Source: an uncultured bacterium | Lineage (GTDB): Bacteria > Patescibacteriota > JABMPQ01 > CAVVCK01 | Reading direction: 5' to 3' | DNA length: 64,000 bases | Assembly (NCBI GenBank): GCA_963746775.1 | Contig: CAVVCK010000002.1 | Coordinates: forward strand, 431,656-495,655 | Shown: positions 29,730 through 39,323 of the stretch, piece after piece | How the letters are laid out: each line of letters starts with the position of its first letter | How positions within the stretch are numbered: the first letter of the stretch is position 1 | Position numbers and translations under genes: made by a program | Notes under the pieces: model-generated | What the model saw: the letters and a program-made list of their open reading frames with translations, nothing else | Databases searched by the model: none | What the model was told of the DNA's origin: nothing

Positions 29730-29936
29730 TTATTTATTACTAAAAATATCCATAATTTCCTCAGCCTCTTTCCTGAAAACCTTTTTTATAGCCAAATTAG
29801 CATTATGTAAAATGTAATCTCCCACTTTAAGATTTTTTAACATACTAATATTAACTTCTAATTTATTCTTTTTATCTTGAATTAGAGCTATTTCTCCTTT
29901 AATTTTTAATATTTTAGCAGGATAGGTTAGACACAT
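29730..29936 (-). CDS. hypC: HypC/HupF-family hydrogenase maturation chaperone
   Basis: MCLTYPAKILKIKGE N-terminus (essential Cys2) and GDYILHNANLAI C-terminal motif. 68 aa. Confidence 0.7.
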   Translation of the reverse strand: MCLTYPAKILKIKGEIALIQDKKNKLEVNISMLKNLKVGDYILHNANLAIKKVFRKEAEEIMDIFSNK

Positions 29937-29937
29937 T

Positions 29938-32232
29938 TTATTCTTCTTTTAGTTTATATAAGTAATATTCTCCTTCATGGGCTACTAGATCCATGTGTTT
30001 GTTTTTAAATTTTATCACCCTTTTGTAATTATCTAAAGTAAAATTAGCATATTCTTGTGAGCCATTTTCTTGTTTAGCCCACAATATTCTTTCCGAAATA
30101 TTTTCCGTATACCCTCTCCAAATAAAATATCTTATGTTAAAATTTTTTAATACTCGGATAACATGTTCCTCAGTATTATTTTTTAATAAATAACTAATAT
30201 ATAATAAATAATGATCTTGTATATAACGGTTATTAGAGTTATCTATATAATAACCCCTTGCTTGATCTAATCCCCAAATCATTTCTTTATTATCTAAATT
30301 ATTATTTAAATATTCTGACATTAAATACAATTTATCTCTCGATATACTCGGATCTGGTGAATATAGAGACATATAATTTATTCTTTTGTTAAATTGTAAA
30401 TTTCCAATTGTAATTATCCAGATCGATAAGAATGTATATAAAAATAATTTTAGGTATTTATTTCTTGTAAAAAATATTTGACTCAATAAAACAAAAAATA
30501 AAACATACAATGAAATAGCATACCAGATAACAACATGTCCTATATAAACCCAACCGAAATATAGAATAATAGTAGCAAACAATAGTAAAATAAATTCCCT
30601 TTTCAATTTCCTATAAAATATATTCTTTATATAATAAAATATTATAACTGGAGCAAAAAGAATAAATGTAAAACCTATGTTTAACGCATCAGAAATATAT
30701 TTTTTATTTCCTATATAAGTAATATCAAAAGGTATATTTAAAAAATAACTCAAATCCTTTTTTTGTTTATCATCCCATATCAAGTAAGCTTCATTTCTCA
30801 TCTCATTAACTATATATTTTTGTGAATCTCGACCTAAAGTATCATAAAAAGATTGTTTTGAAGCTAACTTCTCACTTAAAATTGGGTCAATCGGGTTACC
30901 GCTAAATTTAATATTTCTGACAAACCATGGCAACATAAAAATAAATATTATTAATCCCCAAATAAAAAAATATTTTACTTTTATTTTATTTCTAATTATT
31001 TGTACTAGAAAAAATATTACCAACGGAACAATATACCATGTTAGAAAAAAATATTTTAACCCGGCCGCGATACCACAGAAAACACTAAAAATAATTAAGT
31101 CTTTTATTTTTCTTTTTTTTAGATAGTTTATAAAAGAACAATAACTGATCAATGTATAAAAAACAAAAATCATTTCTATTTTATGGTCTTCTAAATTTTG
31201 AAAAAATATTACAGGCAATGTTAAATAGGCAATAATAGCATAAACGCCACCCTTTAATTTATTTTTTCTAAAGAAATAATAAATGCATAAAACAATTAAT
31301 AAAGTAAAAATAAAAATAAGCGCTAAAGTTATTTGGAAGTTAAAAAGTAAATATCCTAAAGTAAATAACATTTCTCCATTTTGAGGAAAACCATAATAAA
31401 TCCAATAAGGAAAATTTACTATCCCATGATTCTCAACGAAAATCTTAGGATAAGTTAAATAGGAAATGAAAGCATCAAAACCAGAAGGAAATTGCTGAAA
31501 TATACCCGAAATATCAATTCCTAAAATCACAGGAATAATTAAAAAAATACCTTTTCCAAATAAAGTTAATTTTTTGAGTTCATAAAAATTATTTTTATCT
31601 TTAAAATAAGTCCACAATTCTATAATTTCTTTATAAGTAACAAAGGTTACAATAATCATTAAAACATAAGCAATAATTCTATAATATAAACCAAACATTC
31701 CTAAAAAATACACAATAAACATTAAAGCACCAAATCCTAGAGCACAAGAAAATAAAAACTTTTCTAAAAAAAAGCTAGTTTTATATTTAAATATTTTTAA
31801 TGTTTTACAACCTAAAGAAAAAGATATTAAAAATATCCAGGAAACTAAAATAATAGTAATTATATCATTACCAATAACGCCTAAATTATAAGAAGATCTA
31901 GCATAAATCCAGATAATCCATAAAAATGTAAAAAAATATAAAGACAAAGGCAAATAATATACAGGTATTTTTAAATCATTTATCTTATTTTTAAGTCCTT
32001 TTCTGCTTATTGACATAAAGTCTTTAATTTTTTTGCTTGGCCAAAAAATAATTAAAACTATTTTAAACAAAGCTAAAATATTAGCTATAAGTAAAGCAAA
32101 AGTAACAAACAAAGCTACTGATGATATAAATGCTTCTCCATAGTTAGGAAAACTATAAAAATAATAAACTATTACAACAATTCCCCACATCAGGAATAAT
32201 CCTGCAAAAATTTTTGAATAATATTTTTTCAT
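29938..32232 (-). CDS. Large polytopic membrane protein (more than 15 TM), possible GT-C/YfhO-like glycosyltransferase
   Basis: 764 aa, extremely hydrophobic, with a C-terminal soluble domain. Function not assignable from sequence alone. Confidence 0.4.
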   Translation of the reverse strand: MKKYYSKIFAGLFLMWGIVVIVYYFYSFPNYGEAFISSVALFVTFALLIANILALFKIVLIIFWPSKKIKDFMSISRKGLKNKINDLKIPVYYLPLSLYFFTFLWIIWIYARSSYNLGVIGNDIITIILVSWIFLISFSLGCKTLKIFKYKTSFFLEKFLFSCALGFGALMFIVYFLGMFGLYYRIIAYVLMIIVTFVTYKEIIELWTYFKDKNNFYELKKLTLFGKGIFLIIPVILGIDISGIFQQFPSGFDAFISYLTYPKIFVENHGIVNFPYWIYYGFPQNGEMLFTLGYLLFNFQITLALIFIFTLLIVLCIYYFFRKNKLKGGVYAIIAYLTLPVIFFQNLEDHKIEMIFVFYTLISYCSFINYLKKRKIKDLIIFSVFCGIAAGLKYFFLTWYIVPLVIFFLVQIIRNKIKVKYFFIWGLIIFIFMLPWFVRNIKFSGNPIDPILSEKLASKQSFYDTLGRDSQKYIVNEMRNEAYLIWDDKQKKDLSYFLNIPFDITYIGNKKYISDALNIGFTFILFAPVIIFYYIKNIFYRKLKREFILLLFATIILYFGWVYIGHVVIWYAISLYVLFFVLLSQIFFTRNKYLKLFLYTFLSIWIITIGNLQFNKRINYMSLYSPDPSISRDKLYLMSEYLNNNLDNKEMIWGLDQARGYYIDNSNNRYIQDHYLLYISYLLKNNTEEHVIRVLKNFNIRYFIWRGYTENISERILWAKQENGSQEYANFTLDNYKRVIKFKNKHMDLVAHEGEYYLYKLKEE

Positions 32233-32299
32233 AAAACTATAAATAAATAACCCTACTCCTTAAAGCAGGGTCATTTATATTTTAATTATTTTAGTTATA

Positions 32300-33124
32300 T
32301 TAAATCACCCCCTCAATCCCTCTCAACTGCTCCCAACTAAATACCGGCCCATCCTTACAGACATAATAAGGACCAACAGCACAATGTTCACATACCCCAA
32401 TACCACATTCCATACGACGCTCCAGGGATAAATAAATATTTTCATCTTGAAAACCTTTTTCTTTTAATTTATCTATGACAAATTTACACATAATGGGCGG
32501 CCCGCAAACTAAGGCTACACCAGAAGCATCTGTTTCTTGCTGATCAAATAAAGCTGTGATTAAACCTATATTACATTTTACTCCTGAAATATTTTCTTCC
32601 CTACCTTTATCCAAAGTAATACTTATTTCTATATTCTTGCACCAATCATCAATTTCATCTTTAAATATTAATTCCTCCTTATCCCTGGCTCCATAAAATA
32701 CCTGCATATTGCTAGATTTGGCGCTACAATAGGACTTAATTAGGGATCTAAAGGGAATAATGCCAATTCCACCAGCAACAATTAAAACTTTTTTATTATT
32801 AATTTTATCTATTGGCCAACCATTGCCATAAGGTCCTCTAATGCCAACTGTATCACCTACTTTCATAGTGTGCATTCTCTTAGTCAATTCTCCCACTTTA
32901 CGGATACAAATCTCTATATATTTTTTATCATAAATAGATCCACAATAAGCAAAAGGAGCTTCATTAAAACCAGGAATGGATAACTCTAAAATTTGCCCCG
33001 GACTAAACTGAAAATTTTTTCTATATTTTCTATTTTCAAATCTTAATTTATAGAGATTGATAGTATCGTTTTCCTTCTTTATACTTATTATTTTTGCTTT
33101 TTCTGTTTGGTATTGGTTTTGCAT
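32300..33124 (-). CDS. Hydrogenase gamma subunit-like FAD/NAD(P)-binding oxidoreductase with a C-terminal [2Fe-2S] motif
   Basis: FNR-like fold (VLIVAGGIGIIPFRS). C-terminal CGIGVCEHCAV cluster motif. Typical partner of group 3b hydrogenases. Confidence 0.7.
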   Translation of the reverse strand: MQNQYQTEKAKIISIKKENDTINLYKLRFENRKYRKNFQFSPGQILELSIPGFNEAPFAYCGSIYDKKYIEICIRKVGELTKRMHTMKVGDTVGIRGPYGNGWPIDKINNKKVLIVAGGIGIIPFRSLIKSYCSAKSSNMQVFYGARDKEELIFKDEIDDWCKNIEISITLDKGREENISGVKCNIGLITALFDQQETDASGVALVCGPPIMCKFVIDKLKEKGFQDENIYLSLERRMECGIGVCEHCAVGPYYVCKDGPVFSWEQLRGIEGVI

Positions 33125-33281
33125 TTTTTAAACTAATTATGAAATTAATGTCCTTGTAGATATTACTTCTAGCTAGATTAATAGCCTCAAATCTACTTCT
33201 TATGTATATTTTTTGATTTTTTTCTAAACGTTTTGAAATGTAATACTTTATATTGAGTTGTTATTTTTTCACTAAGTACCT

Positions 33282-33310
33282 TTGACTATATTAACATAAT
33301 ATGATATAGA
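33282..33310 (+). promoter_or_regulatory. Sigma70-like promoter candidate (TTGACT, 17 bp, TATAGA) upstream of the small plus-strand ORF
   Basis: TTGACT 33282-33287 and TATAGA 33305-33310 with a 17-bp spacer. SD AAGAGGAGG follows before the ATG at 33342. Confidence 0.35.
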
Positions 33311-33341
33311 TAAACGTCAGACAAAAGAGGAGGACGACGCA

Positions 33342-33623
33342 ATGGCTGCGTTCGAAACTATAAAAGTACCTAGTATCGACCAAATTACAATGGCCTTCGC
33401 AACACGAAAGGAAGAAAAACGCTACGTTTTTTTTCAGGTCCGTAATATTAGAGATATAACAAAAAAAGTAATAGAATTAAGAGTAATAGTTGAAGCCATT
33501 AGCCGCGATAAAACACGGCTGAATCTGGTTATAAAAGGTACTGCTATTATTTATGGCAGAATTCGTAAGGTACTTTGTAGCTTTAACACGCTCTCTCGGA
33601 CAGGTAGCATTGTTACTACATAA
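33342..33623 (+). CDS. Hypothetical small basic protein (93 aa), opposite strand, inside the hydrogenase cluster
   Basis: Strong SD (AAGAGGAGG 7 nt upstream), a promoter-like site, locally elevated GC. No recognised family. Confidence 0.45.
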   Translation: MAAFETIKVPSIDQITMAFATRKEEKRYVFFQVRNIRDITKKVIELRVIVEAISRDKTRLNLVIKGTAIIYGRIRKVLCSFNTLSRTGSIVTT

Positions 33624-33710
33624 CCCCCTCGTTCTTTCCCTTTCATTTTATATTATTTCCTTCTATATATCCTCAATATAGGACAAAGTTGATTTTAATG
33701 ACCAAAGGAA

Positions 33711-34688
33711 TTATTTATCCTCTAAAATCTCCTTCAAAACCTCGCTTATTTCAATCCCCACCGGACAAACTCTAGAACACCTCCCACAACCCACACAACC
33801 GGAAATACCAAATTTATCAGGAGTTCTGACAAATTTGTGGGTATACCAATAATATATTCTTTCCTCGGTAGAATTTAAAAATTTATGATTACCGGCCACT
33901 TCTGAAAATTCATGATAAAAACAAGCATCCCAACATCGAACTCTCTCACCTTCGTCTTCTTCTAAACTCGGCCTATCATCTATTCTAAAACAATAGCAAG
34001 TAGGACAAGCTAGGGTACATTTACCACATTCTATACATCTCTTACCCAGCTCTTCCCATACTTTCTTATTATATCCTTTTTTCATTTTCTCTCTAATTTT
34101 CAACATTATAGGATCTTGGCCTTCCTCTTTTATTGGTCCTGCAAACTGAATATGATTATAATTCCTATAACCAAATTCTTCTAGTATTCTCTGCCCTTTT
34201 TCTGATCCGGTGAATACTTCATACAAATCTCCATGCTTTTCTAAAAATATATCAAATCGAACATGCTCCAAAATATGTTCTTCAAAATTTTCTAAGAATA
34301 TTTTAAAAGATTTACTATCTTTATTATTTGAACTACCTTGACCAATAACTATAATATTTCTCCTTCTCGTTTGATAATTTAAATCTTTTTCAAAAACATG
34401 GTCATACAAATTTAGAGCTTTTAAATCAAAAATGGTCATACCCAAAGCTATGGTTGGTTTCAGATTAAGTTTACCCTCTTCCAAATTACTACCCTTATAT
34501 TTAAATAAAGTTTCACACGGGGGTAGAAATAATTTTTTAAAATTTTTTCTGGCAACGGCGCCATTTAAAACAATATCTTGATAATCTTTGACATAGCCTA
34601 AGTCAAGGCCATCAGGTGCAAGTGGGGCGTATATTTTATGGGTTTCTAATAAATATTTTATTAGCTCTTTTAATTTTGTTTTTGTCAT
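33711..34688 (-). CDS. Hydrogenase beta subunit-like 4Fe-4S ferredoxin-domain protein
   Basis: CIECGKCTLACPTCYCF and CVGCGRCSRVCPVGI cluster motifs. Sulfhydrogenase beta-like. Confidence 0.7.
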   Translation of the reverse strand: MTKTKLKELIKYLLETHKIYAPLAPDGLDLGYVKDYQDIVLNGAVARKNFKKLFLPPCETLFKYKGSNLEEGKLNLKPTIALGMTIFDLKALNLYDHVFEKDLNYQTRRRNIIVIGQGSSNNKDSKSFKIFLENFEEHILEHVRFDIFLEKHGDLYEVFTGSEKGQRILEEFGYRNYNHIQFAGPIKEEGQDPIMLKIREKMKKGYNKKVWEELGKRCIECGKCTLACPTCYCFRIDDRPSLEEDEGERVRCWDACFYHEFSEVAGNHKFLNSTEERIYYWYTHKFVRTPDKFGISGCVGCGRCSRVCPVGIEISEVLKEILEDK

Positions 34689-34764
34689 AATATTTTATAA
34701 AGCACCAAACTACAAATAACAAATTCTAAAGTAGTTTTAATTTTTGTAATTTGTGTATTGTTTG

Positions 34765-35550
34765 TTATTTTGTATTTGCTTTTTGAGATTTAATTTCATC
34801 AGTTCTCTCAATCACCTTTACAAAATCCTCTGCCTTTAAACTTACTCCTCCCCCCAACACACCATCAGCATCTTCTTTTGCCATGAATTCTTCAATATTA
34901 TCTGGCGTAACGCTGCCTCCATACAAAATTCTAACTTTATTTGATATCCCTGCACTATATCTTTCAGCAATAATTTTTCTAATTAGTTGTAATACCTTTT
35001 CTGCATCTTCTCCTGTAGCAGCCTTGCCAGTACCTATAGCCCAAACAGGTTCATAGGCTATAATTGTTTTTTCGATTTGTTCTTTATTCAAACCGCTAAT
35101 AGCAGCCTCTAATTGATTCTGAATTATTTTATTAGTTTTATTCTCTTTTCTTTCTTCTTCTTTTTCCCCCACGCATATCACAGGAATTAAATTATTTTTA
35201 AAAGCTGATTTAGCCTTTTTGTTTACCTCCTCATTTTTCTCGCCAAAAATATGTCGCCTTTCAGAATGACCTAAAATTACATAATAACAGCCTATTTCTT
35301 TTATTTGTGCTCCGGATACTGCTCCAGTAAAAGCACCTTTATCTTCAAAATACATATCCTGTGCTCCTAGCTTTATATAGTCAGGCTTTATTTTGGATAC
35401 TTCAAATAAATGAGGATAAGAAGGGCAGACCGCTATTTCAACATTGCCCTTAAAATCAAAAAGTGAATCCCTTAAATCTGTAATTAATTTTAAACTTTCA
35501 GATAAATTTAGTTGCATTTTCCAGTTACCCATAATAAGTGGTTTACGCAT
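34765..35550 (-). CDS. tpiA: Triosephosphate isomerase
   Basis: MRKPLIMGNWKMQLN N-terminus. AYEPVWAIGTGKAAT active-site loop. Confidence 0.9.
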   Translation of the reverse strand: MRKPLIMGNWKMQLNLSESLKLITDLRDSLFDFKGNVEIAVCPSYPHLFEVSKIKPDYIKLGAQDMYFEDKGAFTGAVSGAQIKEIGCYYVILGHSERRHIFGEKNEEVNKKAKSAFKNNLIPVICVGEKEEERKENKTNKIIQNQLEAAISGLNKEQIEKTIIAYEPVWAIGTGKAATGEDAEKVLQLIRKIIAERYSAGISNKVRILYGGSVTPDNIEEFMAKEDADGVLGGGVSLKAEDFVKVIERTDEIKSQKANTK

Positions 35551-35685
35551 ATGATTGTAGAAATTAATTATTTAAAAATTTGATATTTGCAATAGAAACT
35601 TGGAATTAGAAAATAGTTATATACTAATTTCATTTTTCCAATTTCCATTACCAATTTCTAATATCCAAACAGCTATTTTCAATTA
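35551..35685. repeat. Family-1 intergenic inverted-repeat element
   Basis: TTGGAATTAGAAAATAG ... CCAATTTCCATTACCAATTTCTAATATCC. Confidence 0.55.
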
Positions 35686-36189
35686 TTATTTTAAAGAATC
35701 AATTGAAATTCCTACTCCTCTTGTTACTAACACAACTATTATTCCAGCAAACATAAGTCCAATAAAAATTAAAGGTAATGCTTTCTTAGCTGGTATACCA
35801 AAAACAAAAGAGGCTAGTGCTCCGCTCCACCCACCTGTTACAGGTAAAGGTATAGCTACAAAAGCGATTAAGGCTAGCGCTCCCCATTTTTCAAATTTTT
35901 CCGTGTGTTTTTTTCTAGTCTTTTCAAAAAGCCAATTAAATATTTTATTAAATATCTTAAATTTAGCCATCAAAAATTTGGAAACTGGTTCTAAAAATAA
36001 TAATATAATAGCCACAATCAGAGTATTTCCTAAAACTGAATAAAAATAAGCCCAATACCAAGACATATTATAAACAGTAATAGCAATTGGAATTGATGCG
36101 CGAAGTTCTCCTATAGGAATCATGGCAATCAGAAGGGTCGCTAATTCCTCGGGAAAATTTTGGAATAATGAAATATAGTCTAGATGCAT
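35686..36189 (-). CDS. Small membrane protein, putative small multidrug export family (COG2426-like)
   Basis: 167 aa with four TM helices. PIGELR and PLPVTGGWSGA motifs. Confidence 0.45.
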   Translation of the reverse strand: MHLDYISLFQNFPEELATLLIAMIPIGELRASIPIAITVYNMSWYWAYFYSVLGNTLIVAIILLFLEPVSKFLMAKFKIFNKIFNWLFEKTRKKHTEKFEKWGALALIAFVAIPLPVTGGWSGALASFVFGIPAKKALPLIFIGLMFAGIIVVLVTRGVGISIDSLK

Positions 36190-36218
36190 TTATATTATTT
36201 TGTTCTTGTGTTATGTTG

Positions 36219-36959
36219 TTATTTTGAACTTTTATACGCTCCTGTCCAAAGCCACCATCTAACTTTGAATAAATCTTTGAATACGCTTAAATAAGAAGAT
36301 AAATTTACCTTGCTACCTGCCATATCATGCCAAGTAACAGGTTCTTCAGCTATCTTATATCCAAATTTGCGAGCAAGTGCCAATATTTCTATATCAAATC
36401 CCCAACCACCTAATTTTTGTACGTTGAAAATTTTATCAACCGCGCTGGCACTAAATAATTTAAAACCACATTGAGTATCATAAATTCCAGGTACTGCCAC
36501 TATTTGAATTAAGATATTACCCATCTTGCCTGCAAGCTCTTTATACCAAGGCTGTGCTTTATCTAATTTGGCTCCCCTGGTATCACGCGATCCAATCACT
36601 ACATCATAACCTTTATCAATTTGTGGCCAAAAATGATCTAATTCATTAATCTTAGTAGCATTATCTGCATCCATAAACATCACATATTGTCCCTGTGCTT
36701 TTAGAAATCCTTTTTTAACTGCTCCACCTTTACCAGGCACTCCTGGTCCTAAATCTAGGAGATTTAAATTAGCAATATTTTGTTTTTCCCTTTCAATAAT
36801 TTTATCAGTATTATCAGTACAATTATTGGCAATAACCATTATTTCATAACTATAATTTTGCCTTTTTAAATATTCATCAACTGATTTTAAGGTTGGAACT
36901 ATTCTTTCACCTTCATTATAGGCCGGAATTACTACGGAAAGTTTTATTTGATCTGGCAT
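36219..36959 (-). CDS. GT2 polyprenol-phosphate glycosyltransferase (DPM1/GtrB-like)
   Basis: LSVVIPAYNE. DAD motif (FMDADNA). 246 aa. Confidence 0.8.
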   Translation of the reverse strand: MPDQIKLSVVIPAYNEGERIVPTLKSVDEYLKRQNYSYEIMVIANNCTDNTDKIIEREKQNIANLNLLDLGPGVPGKGGAVKKGFLKAQGQYVMFMDADNATKINELDHFWPQIDKGYDVVIGSRDTRGAKLDKAQPWYKELAGKMGNILIQIVAVPGIYDTQCGFKLFSASAVDKIFNVQKLGGWGFDIEILALARKFGYKIAEEPVTWHDMAGSKVNLSSYLSVFKDLFKVRWWLWTGAYKSSK

Positions 36960-37076
36960 TTGTTTTTTTATTCCCCTCCTTTAATAAGGAGGGGTAGGGG
37001 AGGTTTCGTGGGTACAAAAATACTGTTATTTTATCCACGGAATCCCTCTTAATCTCCCCTTATTAAAAGAGGGAAA
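36960..37076 (-). promoter_or_regulatory. Structured leader with SD-sequestering hairpin upstream of the GT2 gene
   Basis: On the mRNA strand, CCCCTCCTT-attaa-AGGAGGGG holds the only SD-like AGGAGG (about 15 nt before the ATG). Two further GC stems (CCCTCTT/AAGAGGG and CGTGG/CCACG) fit within 117 nt. Confidence 0.3.
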
Positions 37077-37478
37077 TTATATTTTATCTAAATACGCTTG
37101 TAATATATAATAAGCTGCCATCTGATCTTTATCAATGTTGTTAGCAATTTCCCCATTCTTAATCAATTTTTCTGCTTCAACTGTAGTTAACCTCTCGTCT
37201 GCTAATATTATTTTAACATTAATATTATTTTTTAGAAAATCACTAAACCTTTTAACTTTTTCTACTTGTATTCCCACCTCTCCAGATAACATAAAAGGAT
37301 TACCAATAATAATCTCTTCTACATTTTCTTTCTGACAAATTTCTTTTATTTGGCTAAAAATATACTTCTTACCCCTATTTTCTAGAGTTTTATAGGGTTT
37401 GGCAATAACTTGAGATTCATCCGACATAGCCAGACCAATACGGACATCACCAAAATCGATTGATAAAATTCGAGACAT
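37077..37478 (-). CDS. ruvX: Holliday-junction resolvase-like YqgF/RuvX
   Basis: MSRILSIDFGDVRIGLAMSD N-terminus. Confidence 0.8.
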   Translation of the reverse strand: MSRILSIDFGDVRIGLAMSDESQVIAKPYKTLENRGKKYIFSQIKEICQKENVEEIIIGNPFMLSGEVGIQVEKVKRFSDFLKNNINVKIILADERLTTVEAEKLIKNGEIANNIDKDQMAAYYILQAYLDKI

Positions 37479-37644
37479 ATTTTTTTATAACCAATTTACT
37501 AAGAAACAAGATACAAACAAATTTCAATTTCTAAATAATCAATAATCAAGCATTTTGTAATTTAGGATTTGCAATTTGTTTGCAGTTTGTATTTTTTTAT
37601 TTGAGGTTTGTTTGGTTTATTACATTTTGTATTCTTGTATCTTT

Positions 37645-38391
37645 CTAATTTATTGTTAATATTTCATACCCTCCATCAACCACCGCCACCGTATGTTCAA
37701 AATGCGCTGATAAACTTCCATCTTTAGTTACAAATGTCCAGCCATCATCAAATAATTTTACCTCATAGCTACCGATATTTACCATGGGTTCAATCGCAAT
37801 TACCATTCCTTTCTTTAACATCGGACCCCTACCTTTGACTCCAAAATTGGGAATTTGTGGATCTTCGTGAACTGCCCGACCTACTCCATGTCCAACTAAT
37901 TCTCGCACCACAGAATAACCATTTGCTTCCACATAAGATTGTACTGCATTGCCAATATCACCTACTTTACTTCCTGGTCTGACTTGATCAATGCCTAAAT
38001 TCAAAGAATCCCTAGTTACATTAATTAATTTCTCCGCTTCTTTAGAAATATTTCCTACCCCTATAGTTCTTGCCATATCAGTAAAATAATCTTTGTAACA
38101 CAAACCAAAGTCTATACCGATAATATCACCATCTTCTAAAATTTCATCTCGAGGAATACCATGAACCACTTTGTCATTTACAGATGTGCAAACACTGGCT
38201 GGATAGCCTCTATATCCCCTGAATGATGGCTTAGCCCCATATTCTTCTGTTAATTGAGTAGCTTTATTATCTATATCTATAGTTGCTATTCCCGGAACTA
38301 CCATTTCCTCCAATTCATCCATTACACTGGCTAAAATCTTGCCCCCTTCTCTAATTAATTCTATTTCTTTATCAGATTTTATTATTATCAT
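37645..38391 (-). CDS. map: Methionine aminopeptidase type I
   Basis: IIKSDKEIELIREGGKI. Metal ligands HGVG and E-containing motifs. Confidence 0.9.
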   Translation of the reverse strand: MIIIKSDKEIELIREGGKILASVMDELEEMVVPGIATIDIDNKATQLTEEYGAKPSFRGYRGYPASVCTSVNDKVVHGIPRDEILEDGDIIGIDFGLCYKDYFTDMARTIGVGNISKEAEKLINVTRDSLNLGIDQVRPGSKVGDIGNAVQSYVEANGYSVVRELVGHGVGRAVHEDPQIPNFGVKGRGPMLKKGMVIAIEPMVNIGSYEVKLFDDGWTFVTKDGSLSAHFEHTVAVVDGGYEILTIN

Positions 38392-38432
38392 ATTTTCAAA
38401 ATTAAGAAAGCCACTTTAATGGCTTTCTTTTT

Positions 38433-39107
38433 TTATATATATTCCTGTAAATTTCTTAAAATCTCATTTTGTACTTCCTGTTGATCATTCTCACCATTTA
38501 TAGTAATTAATGCACCTTTCTTTCTATACATTTCAAGTACTGGGTCCAAATCTTTATGTCCCCATTCTAATCTTTTTTTAATCATTTCTGGCTGATCATC
38601 TTCTCTCATAATTAGCTCCACTTCATTACAACTTTTGCATTTCTGACTTTTACTGCCATTAGAAATATAAATTTCTTTACAAGCCGGACAAATTCTTCTT
38701 CTTGATAATCTTTTAATAGCCTCGGTATCAGATATTTTTATATGTAAAACTAATAGATTATATTTTTCAATACCTATTTCTTCTAATATTTTATCTAAAT
38801 TTTCTGCCTGAATCAATGTCCTTGGGAAACCATCCAAAACTACATTAGAATCATCTTTTACTTCTAAAATTTTCTCTTTTAATAATTTTGTGGAAATATG
38901 ATCTGGGACTAATTCACCTTTTATATTTATTATTTCATTGATTTTCCTGCCTAATTCAGTATCGCTAGCTGCTTCAGTTCTTAACATATCGCCCATTACT
39001 AAATAGGTATAATCTATTTTATCTCTAAGCATTTTTGCTTGAGTACCCTTTCCTGAACCAGAAAGACCGGAAAGGATGATGAATAAAGGCTTTTTTGTTT
39101 TAGACAT
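38433..39107 (-). CDS. adk: Adenylate kinase (zinc-lid type)
   Basis: P-loop LSGLSGSGKGTQA. Lid CPACKEIY...CKSC. Confidence 0.88.
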   Translation of the reverse strand: MSKTKKPLFIILSGLSGSGKGTQAKMLRDKIDYTYLVMGDMLRTEAASDTELGRKINEIINIKGELVPDHISTKLLKEKILEVKDDSNVVLDGFPRTLIQAENLDKILEEIGIEKYNLLVLHIKISDTEAIKRLSRRRICPACKEIYISNGSKSQKCKSCNEVELIMREDDQPEMIKKRLEWGHKDLDPVLEMYRKKGALITINGENDQQEVQNEILRNLQEYI

Positions 39108-39323
39108 TTTTTCTATATATAAATATAATTATGTATTTAATTACATTTTAAATTTCTAATACCTAATATCCAATTTCTAATAAAATTTCCAATGATTGAA
39201 TGTCTAATTGAACATTAGTAATTTGTCATTTTCTTGGAAATTGTTAATTGGTAATTGAGAATTATAAAATAAAAATTTACACAAACATTCAAAAAATCAA
39301 ATAGTTTCTATTAACACTCAAAT
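39108..39323. repeat. Family-1 intergenic inverted-repeat element
   Basis: AAATTTCTAATACCTAATATCCAATTTCTAATAAAATTTCCAATG ... TTGGAAATTGTTAATTGGTAATTGAGAATT. Confidence 0.55.
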
